Below are positions 1 to 8,799 of a stretch of DNA of 40,176 bases, piece after piece. Position 1 is the first letter of the stretch; every line of letters begins with the position of its first letter. The notes beneath the pieces are model-generated. The model was given only the letters and a program-made list of their open reading frames with translations, was not told the origin of the DNA and made no database searches. The DNA lies in contig CBDUSE010000004.1 in the NCBI GenBank assembly GCA_965369835.1, forward strand, positions 1-40,176. The letters are read 5' to 3'. This DNA comes from an uncultured bacterium (GTDB taxonomy: Bacteria > Auribacterota > JABMQX01 > JAFGEW01). Both the position numbers and the translations under genes were made by a program.

Positions 1-17
1 GTCGCTTTCTTCGCCAT
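1..17 (-). CDS. 5' end of a gene running off the window (MAKKA...), probably adenosylhomocysteinase
   Basis: ATG at 17 preceded by GAGGA; first codons resemble the ahcY-like fragment at 476-580; metK-ahcY synteny is common. Only 5 full codons visible. Confidence 0.4.
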
Positions 18-59
18 GCGTTATCGTTCCTCGTCACGGTCAGAAGATGAAAAGCATTT

Positions 60-148
60 CAGTCGCCCCTGAAGGGGCTCTGGGTTTCGCGGGCCCTTGT
101 ACCACGGGCTGGCGCCCGTGGCTACTCTCAATCGCGCCTACGGCGCTC
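60..148. repeat. REP-like composite palindrome, family A (hairpin GCCCCT..GGGGC, spacer, hairpin CCACGGGC..GCCCGTGG, third hairpin)
   Basis: Similar copies at 1718-1812 (inverted), 1831-1920 and 22865-23053. Confidence 0.8.
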
Positions 149-158
149 GGGGTGCTCG

Positions 159-461
159 TCAGGCCGCATAGAGCACCTCCGTGCTCTGCAAGATGGCCCT
201 TCGGCGGAACGGGTTCTTGAGTCCGCCCTTGGCGACCAAATCCACTTTCCGCCCGAATATCTGCTCGAGCTCCTCGATCATGTCCACCCAATCGTACAGG
301 CTCAGGCCGTGCCCCGGGCGGAGCTCGACGAGAACGTCAACATCGCTCTCGGGTCCGAAGTCGTCGCGGAGCGCAGAGCCAAACACGGAGAGCTCCTCTA
401 CCCTCCATTTACGGCAAAAGGCGCTGATCCGCTCCCGGTCAATTGCGATGCGAAGCGCCAT
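159..461 (-). CDS. Minimal nucleotidyltransferase (MNT/MntA-like antitoxin family)
   Basis: FGS-x10-DVD motif (VFGSALRDDFGPESDVDVLVE), FGRKVDLV, 100 aa; GGAGGTG RBS before ATG at 461. Confidence 0.9.
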   Translation of the reverse strand: MALRIAIDRERISAFCRKWRVEELSVFGSALRDDFGPESDVDVLVELRPGHGLSLYDWVDMIEELEQIFGRKVDLVAKGGLKNPFRRRAILQSTEVLYAA

Positions 462-475
462 CGCGAGCACCTCCG

Positions 476-580
476 CTAAACCGTCTTGAGGTCGTCATAT
501 GCCCACGCGATCCCCTTCCTGCCCTTGGGCTCAAGCTTCAGATCGGTCACATCATACTTCGCCGCTTTCTTGTGCGCCAT
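476..580 (-). pseudogene. ahcY: Truncated 5' fragment of adenosylhomocysteinase (34 aa)
   Basis: MAHKKAAKYDVTDLKLEPKGRKGIAWAYDD matches the AhcY N-terminal pattern YDVxDLxLAxxGxxxIxWA; has purine-rich RBS; stops after 34 codons. Confidence 0.65.
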
Positions 581-703
581 TGTGTTCCCTATCCTTCCTT
601 TGATTGCCTGTTGAAGGGAATCTTGGCTTCATCGAAACCAGTGAGCGGCTCGCGTTAGCATCCACGCACATCACCGCGCTCTTCGTCACGCTCTCTTGCC
701 TTT

Positions 704-1633
704 CTACGCTGTACCATCCGCCTCGAAATAATGGAAATCCTCTGGAAAGGCAAACTTCTCATCCATGAGACAGACAAATGCATCTGCGATTCTCTTGCCT
801 AGCTCGCTCAACCCTTGCTCCATCACACGAAAAGAATCATCCAGTATTTTCTGTCTCTCCTTCCATTCATCTCCGAAAGCATTCTTTGTGAGCTGCAAGA
901 ACGGGAAGAGCCGCACAAACATCCACCCGATTTCGGCCGCACGATTCATATACACTGCCATTGACTCTTCATTAGCCACAGGCCCAACTGATGGTGGCTT
1001 CTTTGTTTGAATCCATTGGTCAAGCTCTCGAAAATACGTGAGTCTTGATCCGTGAACTTCTTGGTGAAACAAGTGCTCCCATTTGCCCAATTGACTCAGT
1101 ATTTGCCCTGGCAGTCCGCTTTTCTCCCTAAGCATTCTTCCCAGTACCTTACGTTCTTCTTTTCTTCTCTTATTCCTTAACGTGTTCCATTCTTTTCCCG
1201 TGACTGCATCCTCGTCTGAATACCCGAAAATCTTTGGGAATGTAGTAATGTTATTTGCGATACCGCCTAAGAAAACTGCACGGTCTTTGAGGTCCCTTAG
1301 CCTTGCGTAACCATCTAGCGCATAGCCTCTCGTCAACATGTTCTCGCAAGCTCGGAAGCTCTTGAAATTGATCACATAGAAAAGCAAGATCGGCGCGTAG
1401 CTTTCGCAATTATTTGGCCAGCCATTCCCAGCAATGCGCGCATACGCCAGATGAACCGTTTCAATGTAGAAGCTTTGGAATGAATCAAGTAGAACTGATT
1501 GGCCATGATATTTGTGTGCGAAGAACTGCCCACATGCCTTTTCCAGGCGATGCACCTCGAGTAGATGCCCGCCAACAACACCATTAACGGTGAAGTTCTG
1601 TTCGAGCCTTCGTTGCCACTGAGCTACATCCAT
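704..1633 (-). CDS. Hypothetical protein, DUF5677/HEPN-like helical protein, AT-richer than flanks
   Basis: Long ORF; LTRGYALDGYARLRDLKDRAVFL and LFHQEVHG segments recall DUF5677-like proteins; ATG 1633 (GTG 1636/1654 alternatives). Confidence 0.7.
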   Translation of the reverse strand: MDVAQWQRRLEQNFTVNGVVGGHLLEVHRLEKACGQFFAHKYHGQSVLLDSFQSFYIETVHLAYARIAGNGWPNNCESYAPILLFYVINFKSFRACENMLTRGYALDGYARLRDLKDRAVFLGGIANNITTFPKIFGYSDEDAVTGKEWNTLRNKRRKEERKVLGRMLREKSGLPGQILSQLGKWEHLFHQEVHGSRLTYFRELDQWIQTKKPPSVGPVANEESMAVYMNRAAEIGWMFVRLFPFLQLTKNAFGDEWKERQKILDDSFRVMEQGLSELGKRIADAFVCLMDEKFAFPEDFHYFEADGTA

Positions 1634-1717
1634 CACAGGTAGTCCCTTTTCCACACCCGAGAATAGTCATCTTGCTGCGGACAATACCCCAAGCACCAAC
1701 GTGCTGCCCGTCTCTGT

Positions 1718-1920
1718 GAAGCCGCGGAGCGGCGACTGGAAGTAGCCTCCGACGTGAGCCCGTGGTCCACGAGCGCGACGAATGGCCCTGAGCCCCGCCA
1801 GGGGCGATTGAGCCACCTTGCCACGCCCTCCTCAATCGCCCCTCCGGGGCTCTATCCTTTCCGTCCTCCTGATCCACGGGCTTGCGCCCGTGGCTACTCT
1901 CAATCGCCGCTGCACGGCTC
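1718..1920. repeat. Inverted pair of family-A REP-like elements (1718-1812 reverse, 1831-1920 forward)
   Basis: AGGGGCGATTGAG ... CTCAATCGCCCCT perfect 13-nt inverted repeat at the junction; each arm carries the three-hairpin unit. Confidence 0.8.
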
Positions 1921-1957
1921 TACATCCTGTGCCGACCTGTGGCGCGGGCGATACCTA

Positions 1958-3127
1958 CTAGACGGCGGCGTCGGCTTTGAGGGCTTCGACCTTGTTGAGG
2001 CGTTCCCATGTGAAGTTCTCGTTGGTGCGGCCGAAATGGCCGTGACGCGCGGTCTCCTTGTAAATGGGCCGGCGCAGGTCGAGCTCCTCGATGATGGCTG
2101 CGGGGCGGAGATCCCAGTGCCGCTTGATCAGCTCGACGACCTGCTCATGAGGGAGCTTGCCGGTGCCGAACATGACGACGTTGATGGCGAGCGGCTCGGC
2201 GACGCCGATAGCGTAGCTGATCTGGACCTCGCACTCGGTGGCGATGCCGGCGGCGACGATGTTCTTGGCGACGTGGCGCGCGGCATACGAGCCGCAACGG
2301 TCCACCTTGGTCGGGTCCTTGCCGCTGAACGCGCCGCCGCCGTGGCTGCCCTTGCCGCCGTAGCTGTCCACGATGATCTTGCGGCCCGTGAGACCGCAGT
2401 CGCCCTGCGGGCCGCCGATGACAAACCGCCCCGTGGGGTTGATATGATAGATCGTATTGGCATCGAGCATCGCGGCCGGGACGACCGGCTTGATGATTTC
2501 CTCGATGACGCCTTCCTTGAGCGTGTCGTACTCGACGTCGGGCGAGTGCTGCGTGGAGATGACCACGGTGTGCACGCGCTTCGGCTTCTTGTCCTCGTAC
2601 TCGATCGTGACCTGGCTCTTGGCGTCGGGCCGCAGCCAGGGGAGGATCCCCTTCTGGCGCGCCTCGGCCTGGCGCTTCATGAGCTTGTGGGCAATCATGA
2701 TCGGCAGGGGCATCAGCTCCTCGGTCTCGCGGCAGGCGTAACCGAACATGAGGCCCTGGTCGCCGGCGCCCTGGTCGAGGTGCAGGCCGCGGCCTTTGTC
2801 CACGCCCTGGGCGATGTCGGGCGACTGCTTATCAATGCTCGTCACGACGGCGCAGGTCTCGTAGTCGAAGCCCATCGAGGCGTCGGTATAGCCGATCTCC
2901 TTGATCGTCCGGCGCACGACGGCCGGGATGTCCACATAGCAGCTCGTGGTGATCTCGCCGGCGACAATGGCAAGCCCCGTGGTCACCAGCGTCTCGCACG
3001 CGACCCGGCCGAGCGGGTCCTGGGCCATGACGCCGTCGAGGACGGCGTCGGAGATCTGGTCGGCCACCTTGTCGGGATGGCCCATCGAGACCGATTCGGA
3101 TGTGAAGAGGTATTCGCTCGCTCCCAT
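1958..3127 (-). CDS. metK: S-adenosylmethionine synthetase
   Basis: [19 protein letters not shown] and [15 protein letters not shown] signatures; start set at ATG 3127. Confidence 0.98.
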   Translation of the reverse strand: MGASEYLFTSESVSMGHPDKVADQISDAVLDGVMAQDPLGRVACETLVTTGLAIVAGEITTSCYVDIPAVVRRTIKEIGYTDASMGFDYETCAVVTSIDKQSPDIAQGVDKGRGLHLDQGAGDQGLMFGYACRETEELMPLPIMIAHKLMKRQAEARQKGILPWLRPDAKSQVTIEYEDKKPKRVHTVVISTQHSPDVEYDTLKEGVIEEIIKPVVPAAMLDANTIYHINPTGRFVIGGPQGDCGLTGRKIIVDSYGGKGSHGGGAFSGKDPTKVDRCGSYAARHVAKNIVAAGIATECEVQISYAIGVAEPLAINVVMFGTGKLPHEQVVELIKRHWDLRPAAIIEELDLRRPIYKETARHGHFGRTNENFTWERLNKVEALKADAAV

Positions 3128-3182
3128 GCTCCTTGTGATGCCTCCGTATGGTGTCGTGTGTCCGTCTGTTCGGGGTTGCGTT

Positions 3183-3929
3183 CTATTTGGCGCCGCCCTG
3201 TTCGGTGAAGAAGCGGTCGGCCTCCTCGTACGCTTCGAGGTCGCCGATGTCGTACCACGCGCCCGGGAACGGGAAGCCATAGACCCGGCTTCGCGTGTGG
3301 AGCCAGGCGACGTAGTGGCCCGGCGCGTCCGGGTTGTTGCCGTCGCCGAGGTAGTGCGCCACGCGCCGCACGTCTTCGGGCGCGTACAGGTACAGGCAGA
3401 CGGCGAAAAGGTTCGACTTCGGGTCCGGCGGCTTCTCGCGGAACGAGACGATGCGGTCGGTCTCGTCGAGCACGATCTCATTGTAGCGATTGATCGCTTC
3501 GAGATCGTCGAGCTCATGGAGGCCGACCGACGAGCCGTGCTCGTTGTAGAAGCGGACGAACTCGGCGAAGTCGAAGGTGAAGATGTTGTCGCCGCCGACG
3601 ATGAGCAACGGCTCATTGACGCCGCACTTCTCGATGACGAGGTTCATGTCACCGATGGCGCCGAGCTTGTCGTCGTCGCTCTGTGTGCCGTCGTTGATCG
3701 CGGTGACCGGCGTGGCGCTCTCGACCTCGGCGGCCCAGCGCTCGAAGTCGCCCGCGAACTTATTGTTGGTCACGACGTAGATGCGGTCGAGCGCCTCGAT
3801 CGCGTTGATCTGGTCGAGCAGGTAGTTGATGATCGGCTTGCCGCCGACCGGCAGCAGCGGCTTCGCCTTGTTCTTCGTGAGCGGATAGAGCCGGGTGCCG
3901 TATCCGGCGGCGAGAATAAGTGCCTTCAT
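3183..3929 (-). CDS. Sugar-phosphate nucleotidyltransferase (NTP_transferase family)
   Basis: [15 protein letters not shown]...[18 protein letters not shown] motifs; GGAGG RBS. Confidence 0.92.
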   Translation of the reverse strand: MKALILAAGYGTRLYPLTKNKAKPLLPVGGKPIINYLLDQINAIEALDRIYVVTNNKFAGDFERWAAEVESATPVTAINDGTQSDDDKLGAIGDMNLVIEKCGVNEPLLIVGGDNIFTFDFAEFVRFYNEHGSSVGLHELDDLEAINRYNEIVLDETDRIVSFREKPPDPKSNLFAVCLYLYAPEDVRRVAHYLGDGNNPDAPGHYVAWLHTRSRVYGFPFPGAWYDIGDLEAYEEADRFFTEQGGAK

Positions 3930-4051
3930 CGTCTCAGGTGTTCCTCCGTGTCGTATCGTGACCGTGCGCGTGCCGAAGCGCACGAGCTCGGCGAAAAGGA
4001 TCAGTGCTTTCGTTCTTCCTGCCATCCTTCGTGAAGGGCCGGGCGGCGCGT

Positions 4052-5815
4052 TCAGCTCCGCTCCTGCTCGTAGAACGCGGGCAGCACGCTCCGAAGCCGC
4101 TCGGTAGCCATCTCGCGGATTTTATCCGCCCGGTCGTATGTAAGCATATCGCGCGCGAAGTCCACGACCTCTGCGTACGAGATGCTGCGGATCACTTTCT
4201 TGATCTTGGGCACGGCAATGGCGCTCGTGCTCAGCTCGTCAATGCCCATACCGACCAGCAGCAGGGCGATTGCGGGCTCGGCGGCCATCTCGCCGCACAT
4301 ACCGACCCAGATATCGTGCTCATGCGCAGCGTCAATGGTCATCTTGACCAGGCGCAGCACGCCGGGATGACACGGCTTGTACAGGTGCGCGATCCGGTCG
4401 TTCGTGCGCTCGACGGCGAGCGTGTACTGGATGAGATCGTTCGTGCCGATGCTGAAGAAGTCCACGTAGCGGGCGATAATGTCGGCGGTGATCGCCGCGG
4501 AGGGGACCTCGATCATCGCGCCGATCTCGAAGCTCTCGTTGAAGGGGACCTCCTCGCGCAGCAGCTCCTCCTTCGCCTCGTCGAGGATGGCGTTGGCGCT
4601 GATGATCTCGTCCACGCTCGAGATCATCGGGTACATGAGCTTGAGGTTGCCGTGGACACTCGCGCGCAAGATGGCCCGGAGCTGCGTCTTGAAGATGTCC
4701 ACCCGCTCGAGGCAAAACCGGATGGCGCGCCAGCCGAGGAACGGGTTGAGCTCGAACGGGATGTCCAGGTGCGAGACGAACTTGTCGCCGCCGAGGTCGA
4801 AGGTGCGGATGATCACGGGATCGGGCGCGAGGCCCTCGAGGATCGTCTTGTAGGCCGTGTACTGCTCGTCCTCGTTCGGCAGCTCGTCGCGGCTCATGTA
4901 GAGGAATTCGGTGCGGTACAGGCCGACGCCCTCGGCGCCGTTGGCGCGCACGTTCTCGATCTCCTCGGGCAGCTCGATGTTGGCCGAGAGCACGACGCGG
5001 TGGCCGTCGGTGGTGACGGCGGGCTGGTCGCGGATCTCGGCGAGCTCGTCCTCGAAGACCTTGATGCGGAAGATCTCGCGGTTGTAGCGCTGGACCGTCT
5101 CCTCGGCCGGGTTGACCACAACGATGCCACGGTTGCCGTCAACGATGAGCGAGTCGCCGCTGCGCACCTTGAGGCTCAGGTCGTGCAGGCCCACGACGGC
5201 AGGAATGCCGAGCGAGGCGGCCATGATCGCCGTGTGCGAGGTGCGGCCACCCAAGTCGGTGGCGAAGGCGAGGACCTTGCCGCGCTCCATCATCGCGGCG
5301 TCCGATGGCGCGATGTCATGCGCTACGACGACCGAGGCGAACGGGAGCTCGTCAATGCCGCGCGGGCGGCGCTCGGCGAGGTTCGTCAGGATGCGGTCGC
5401 GTACGTCGCGGATGTCGGTGCGGCGATCGCGGAAGAGCTCGTCGTCAATGTCGCTCAGCAGTTGGATGTAGCGCTCGATGCTCTCGGTGAAGACGATCTC
5501 GACGTTCTGGAGCCGGGTGGCCAGGTGCTCCTTGACCTCGCCGGCCAGGTGCGTGTCGTTGATGATGTGGATCTGGAAGTCGAAGATCCTGGCCTGTTCT
5601 TCGCCGATCTCGCGCGCGACGCGCTCGCGGATTGACATGACCTGCTCGCGGCTGGCGCCGAGCGCCTCGAGGAAGCGGGCGTACTCGGCCTCGACCTGCT
5701 CGGCGCCGATCGAGCGCTGCGGCACCGCGGTCGTCTCCTGCCGAAAGAGGTGCGCGCTCCCGATGGCCACCCCCGGGGAGACGCCGATGCCGTAGTATGA
5801 CTGCTCTGCCGGCAT
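4052..5815 (-). CDS. ptsI: PEP-protein phosphotransferase (PTS enzyme I)
   Basis: GGRTSHTAI phospho-His motif, GLYRTEF, DFFSIGTNDLIQY, GMCGE. Confidence 0.97.
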   Translation of the reverse strand: MPAEQSYYGIGVSPGVAIGSAHLFRQETTAVPQRSIGAEQVEAEYARFLEALGASREQVMSIRERVAREIGEEQARIFDFQIHIINDTHLAGEVKEHLATRLQNVEIVFTESIERYIQLLSDIDDELFRDRRTDIRDVRDRILTNLAERRPRGIDELPFASVVVAHDIAPSDAAMMERGKVLAFATDLGGRTSHTAIMAASLGIPAVVGLHDLSLKVRSGDSLIVDGNRGIVVVNPAEETVQRYNREIFRIKVFEDELAEIRDQPAVTTDGHRVVLSANIELPEEIENVRANGAEGVGLYRTEFLYMSRDELPNEDEQYTAYKTILEGLAPDPVIIRTFDLGGDKFVSHLDIPFELNPFLGWRAIRFCLERVDIFKTQLRAILRASVHGNLKLMYPMISSVDEIISANAILDEAKEELLREEVPFNESFEIGAMIEVPSAAITADIIARYVDFFSIGTNDLIQYTLAVERTNDRIAHLYKPCHPGVLRLVKMTIDAAHEHDIWVGMCGEMAAEPAIALLLVGMGIDELSTSAIAVPKIKKVIRSISYAEVVDFARDMLTYDRADKIREMATERLRSVLPAFYEQERS

Positions 5816-5816
5816 G

Positions 5817-6113
5817 CTAGTCCTCGCCAAACTTCTCGTCGACCAGCTCGCCGATCGCCGCGAGCGCCTCGTCGGCATCGGGCCCCGCGGCGATAAACCG
5901 AAGCACGGTGTCCTGGCCCGCCGCCAGGGTGATTACGCCCATGATGCTCTTGGCGTTCACTTGGTCGCTTCCCTTGCGAATGTGGATGTCGGCCCGGTAC
6001 TTCCCGGCCAGCTTGGCCAGCAACGACGCCGGCCGCGCATGCAGCCCGAGCTTGTTGACAATACGGATGTCGCGGACGATCTTCTTCGGCTTCGCTGCGC
6101 TGGGTTTGCTCAT
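5817..6113 (-). CDS. ptsH: Phosphocarrier protein HPr
   Basis: GLHARPA (His15) and NAKSIMG (Ser46) motifs; start 6113 or 6125. Confidence 0.95.
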   Translation of the reverse strand: MSKPSAAKPKKIVRDIRIVNKLGLHARPASLLAKLAGKYRADIHIRKGSDQVNAKSIMGVITLAAGQDTVLRFIAAGPDADEALAAIGELVDEKFGED

Positions 6114-6163
6114 CAATGCTGACATGCTCCACGCCACCGGCGCTCGCTCAGAGCGCTGAGCCG

Positions 6164-7096
6164 TTACCGTTTGGTCATCAGGGCCATGAGCTTTTCGTTC
6201 AGTTGCTTGGCCGGGTTGTGTCCCGTGGCTTTGAGCCGGTGGCTGAGCGCGGCGGTCTCGACCATGAGCACGATGTCGCGCCCGACCCGCACAGGGATAA
6301 GCAGGTGCGGCACCGGCTTGCCGAGGATCGAGATCGTCTCTTCCTCGATGCCGAGCCGCTCGTACTCCTTCTCGGGGTCCCAGCGCTCGAGCGTCACCAC
6401 CATGTCAATCGGCGCCTCCTCCTTGAAGCAGACGGCGCCGAAGAGCGCCTGCACATTGATGATGCCGAGGCCGCGGATCTCCATGTGGTGGCGCGTCAGC
6501 TCCGCGCCGGTGCCGACCAGGTAGCGCCCCTCGCGCAGCCGGATACGCACGATGTCGTCGGTGATGAGCCGGTGGCCCTTCTCGATCAGGCCGAGCGAGG
6601 TCTCGCTCTTGCCGACCCCGCCCTTGCCGCGGATCAGCACGCCGACGCCGAACACCTCCATCATGTTGCCCGGGATCGAGACGGTCGGTGCGAACTCCTC
6701 GTCGAGAAAGAGCGTGAGCCGGTTCACCAGGTTCATCGTGATCATCGGCGTGCGGAACAGCGGCACGTTGTATTTGTCCGCCTCCTCGACGAGCTCCTCC
6801 GGCGGCCGGTAGTTGCGCGCGACAATCAGACATGGGACGTTGTGCTCCATGATCTGGCGGATCCGCTCGCGGCGAACCTCGCTCGTGAGCGAGCGCAGGT
6901 AATAGATCTCCACCTTGCCGAGCACCTGGATGCGCCGGGAGGCGAAGTAGTCGAAGTAACCCGTGATCGCCAGCCCGGGCCGCTCGACCTCGGCGACCTT
7001 GATGCGGCGATTCACCCCGCGCCGGCCCGCTTGGAGCGAGAGGCGGAGATCATTGCTCATCCGCTCGTAGAGATATGCTACGCGCAGTCCGCGCAT
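6164..7096 (-). CDS. hprK: HPr(Ser) kinase/phosphorylase
   Basis: RPGLAITGYF, GVLIRGKGGVGKSE, GHRLITDD, MEIRGLGIINV. Confidence 0.97.
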   Translation of the reverse strand: MRGLRVAYLYERMSNDLRLSLQAGRRGVNRRIKVAEVERPGLAITGYFDYFASRRIQVLGKVEIYYLRSLTSEVRRERIRQIMEHNVPCLIVARNYRPPEELVEEADKYNVPLFRTPMITMNLVNRLTLFLDEEFAPTVSIPGNMMEVFGVGVLIRGKGGVGKSETSLGLIEKGHRLITDDIVRIRLREGRYLVGTGAELTRHHMEIRGLGIINVQALFGAVCFKEEAPIDMVVTLERWDPEKEYERLGIEEETISILGKPVPHLLIPVRVGRDIVLMVETAALSHRLKATGHNPAKQLNEKLMALMTKR

Positions 7097-7157
7097 ACGA
7101 ATACCACCCCTTCATCAAAACAGCGCAGAATACCATTGAGCAGGCCGTGATTCACGT

Positions 7158-7181
7158 AAAAAAACGCCCCGTCTCAGGGCG
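7158..7181 (-). terminator. Intrinsic terminator downstream of hpf
   Basis: Minus strand CGCCCTGAGACGGGGCG hairpin followed by T7. Confidence 0.7.
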
Positions 7182-7307
7182 GCTGACCCGCCGGCCTTCC
7201 CTCGGACCGATACGACGCGGACCACACCAGTGATCACGTACGGATGGCGCAAGCCCAACCTGCTATTGGCATGGATTGCCTGCGTTCCGGAGGGGATGTT
7301 TCGCAAG

Positions 7308-7703
7308 CTACTCGGCGAGGGCTTCGTTGCTCGGCTCGAACTCCTCGTACTCGAACTCGCCTTCGTCGTCTACGACCGGCTCGACCGGGGCCGGTGCGGG
7401 CTCGAGCTCGTGCTTGTGCTTGCGCTGGACCTTTTCCCGGAAGCGCTGGAGCTGTCGCTCGACTTTTTCGATGGCGCTATCAATCGAGGCGCGGGCGTCG
7501 GGGAGCTTGTCCTCGCCGAAGAAGCGATGGTGGTCGGCCCTGAGGATCAACTCGGTGTGATAGTTCCCGCGGCCGTGCCCGAGCACGATGTGGACCTTGA
7601 TGATGTTGGGGGAGTATTTCTTGAGGCACCTGATCTTCTCGGTGACGTACTCGCGGAGATCGTCTTCCAGTTCAAGTTTGCGACCCGTAATCGAGATCTG
7701 CAT
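7308..7703 (-). CDS. hpf: Ribosome hibernation promoting factor (HPF/RaiA family)
   Basis: MQISITGRKLEL...YVTEKI...SIDSAIEKVERQLQRFREK; GGAGG RBS. Confidence 0.92.
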   Translation of the reverse strand: MQISITGRKLELEDDLREYVTEKIRCLKKYSPNIIKVHIVLGHGRGNYHTELILRADHHRFFGEDKLPDARASIDSAIEKVERQLQRFREKVQRKHKHELEPAPAPVEPVVDDEGEFEYEEFEPSNEALAE

Positions 7704-7810
7704 CGGCGGTACGTCCTCCATTCGGCACGGCGCACGCCGGAGCACACGCCACTTTGGCCATCAATGGGTCTGGTTTGAATCCCGACAAATCCCTCCGACT
7801 CTTCGCCCCC

Positions 7811-7839
7811 CACCTATCAAAGCACACACGGTGAGTCAA
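7811..7839 (-). promoter_or_regulatory. Putative sigma70 promoter for hpf
   Basis: TTGACT-N17-TAGGTG with TGn; weak -10. Confidence 0.35.
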
Positions 7840-7903
7840 CCGTTTTTTCGGCCGCTCACCGCGGCAAAAGGCGTCCGCCAGACATCACGTACGCCGCGTC
7901 CCG

Positions 7904-7932
7904 TTGACCGCTCGCGGGGCATGTGCTAGCGT
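7904..7932 (+). promoter_or_regulatory. Putative sigma70 promoter
   Basis: TTGACC-N17-TAGCGT with extended TGn. Confidence 0.5.
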
Positions 7933-7969
7933 CCCCCAACGACCGCAATTGACGCAGGACAAGGCGGCT

Positions 7970-8135
7970 ATGGCGGACAAGCGGATCGAGAAAATGGCGC
8001 GGATGCTCGATCGCCGAGTCGGGCGGCAAGAATAAGTCGGTGCTGCACTGGGACATGATCTGCGACTTGCGCAGGGCGAGCGCGATCTACGGCGACGACA
8101 AGGTGATCTACAGGAACGGGAAGTTTGTGATCTGA
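7970..8135 (+). pseudogene. Internally deleted M29 (AmpS/PepS-type) aminopeptidase remnant
   Basis: N-terminus MADKRIEKMARML joined out of frame to C-terminus ESGGKNKSVLHWDMICDLRRASAIYGDDKVIYRNGKFVI*. Confidence 0.75.
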
Positions 8136-8144
8136 GAAGGACTG

Positions 8145-8258
8145 CCTGAAGGCCCTTGTCGAGAAGCCCACTGAAGCCCGCTAGAAGATGATTGGTTGTT
8201 GGGCTCGATAACCACCGGCTGAAGCCGGTGGCAATCGGGGATGGCGGCTGAAGCCGCC
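8145..8258. repeat. REP-like palindrome cluster (CTGAAG-loop variant of family A)
   Basis: CCACCGGCTGAAGCCGGTGG and GGCGGCTGAAGCCGCC hairpins. Confidence 0.75.
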
Positions 8259-8306
8259 ACAACACAGCAGCGACGGGGGAAGCGGCTGTCAGCAGGTGTG
8301 ATCAGC

Positions 8307-8795
8307 GTGGTACGTGATCCAAGAGAGAAGGTTGTGGACCGGGAGAGGCTCGAGGCGATCGTACGTGAGCTGCAGGCCGCGGGGAAGAAGGTGGTGTTCA
8401 CGAACGGCTGCTTCGACCTCATCCACGTGGGCCATACGCGCTACCTGCGCGAGGCCAGGCTGCTCGGCGACGCGCTGGTAGTGGGCGTGAACTCCGACGC
8501 CAGTGTGCGCGCGATCAAGGGGCCATCGCGACCGTTTCAGCCCGAAGCCGACCGCGCGGAGATCCTCGCTTCGCTCGAGTGCGTGGACTACGTGACGCTC
8601 TTCGACGAGGAGACGCCGGCCGAGCTGATCGCCGCGCTCGTGCCCGACGTGCTGGCGAAGGGGGGCGACTGGGCGCCCGACCAGATCGTCGGCCGCGAAA
8701 CCGTCGAGGCCCACGGCGGCACGGTCACCACGATCCCGCTCGTCGGGGGCCGCTCAACAAGCGATATCCTCAACCGCATCAACTCAGAGAAGTGA
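8307..8795 (+). CDS. rfaE2: D-glycero-beta-D-manno-heptose 1-phosphate adenylyltransferase (stand-alone HldE domain II)
   Basis: [32 protein letters not shown]; start uncertain (GTG 8298/8307). Confidence 0.92.
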   Translation: MVRDPREKVVDRERLEAIVRELQAAGKKVVFTNGCFDLIHVGHTRYLREARLLGDALVVGVNSDASVRAIKGPSRPFQPEADRAEILASLECVDYVTLFDEETPAELIAALVPDVLAKGGDWAPDQIVGRETVEAHGGTVTTIPLVGGRSTSDILNRINSEK

Positions 8796-8799
8796 CAGC

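Noticed and set aside
590-700. Possible integron attC after the AT-rich gene (GCTAAC on minus strand)
   Set aside because: No matching GTTRRRY box or attC-like stem found
3930-4050. Possible SAM riboswitch upstream of the nucleotidyltransferase-metK pair
   Set aside because: Only a small hairpin; no SAM riboswitch consensus
1754-5635. Long plus-strand ORFs (484, 362, 543 aa) opposite metK, the nucleotidyltransferase and ptsI
   Set aside because: Antisense shadows typical of high-GC coding DNA; no motifs
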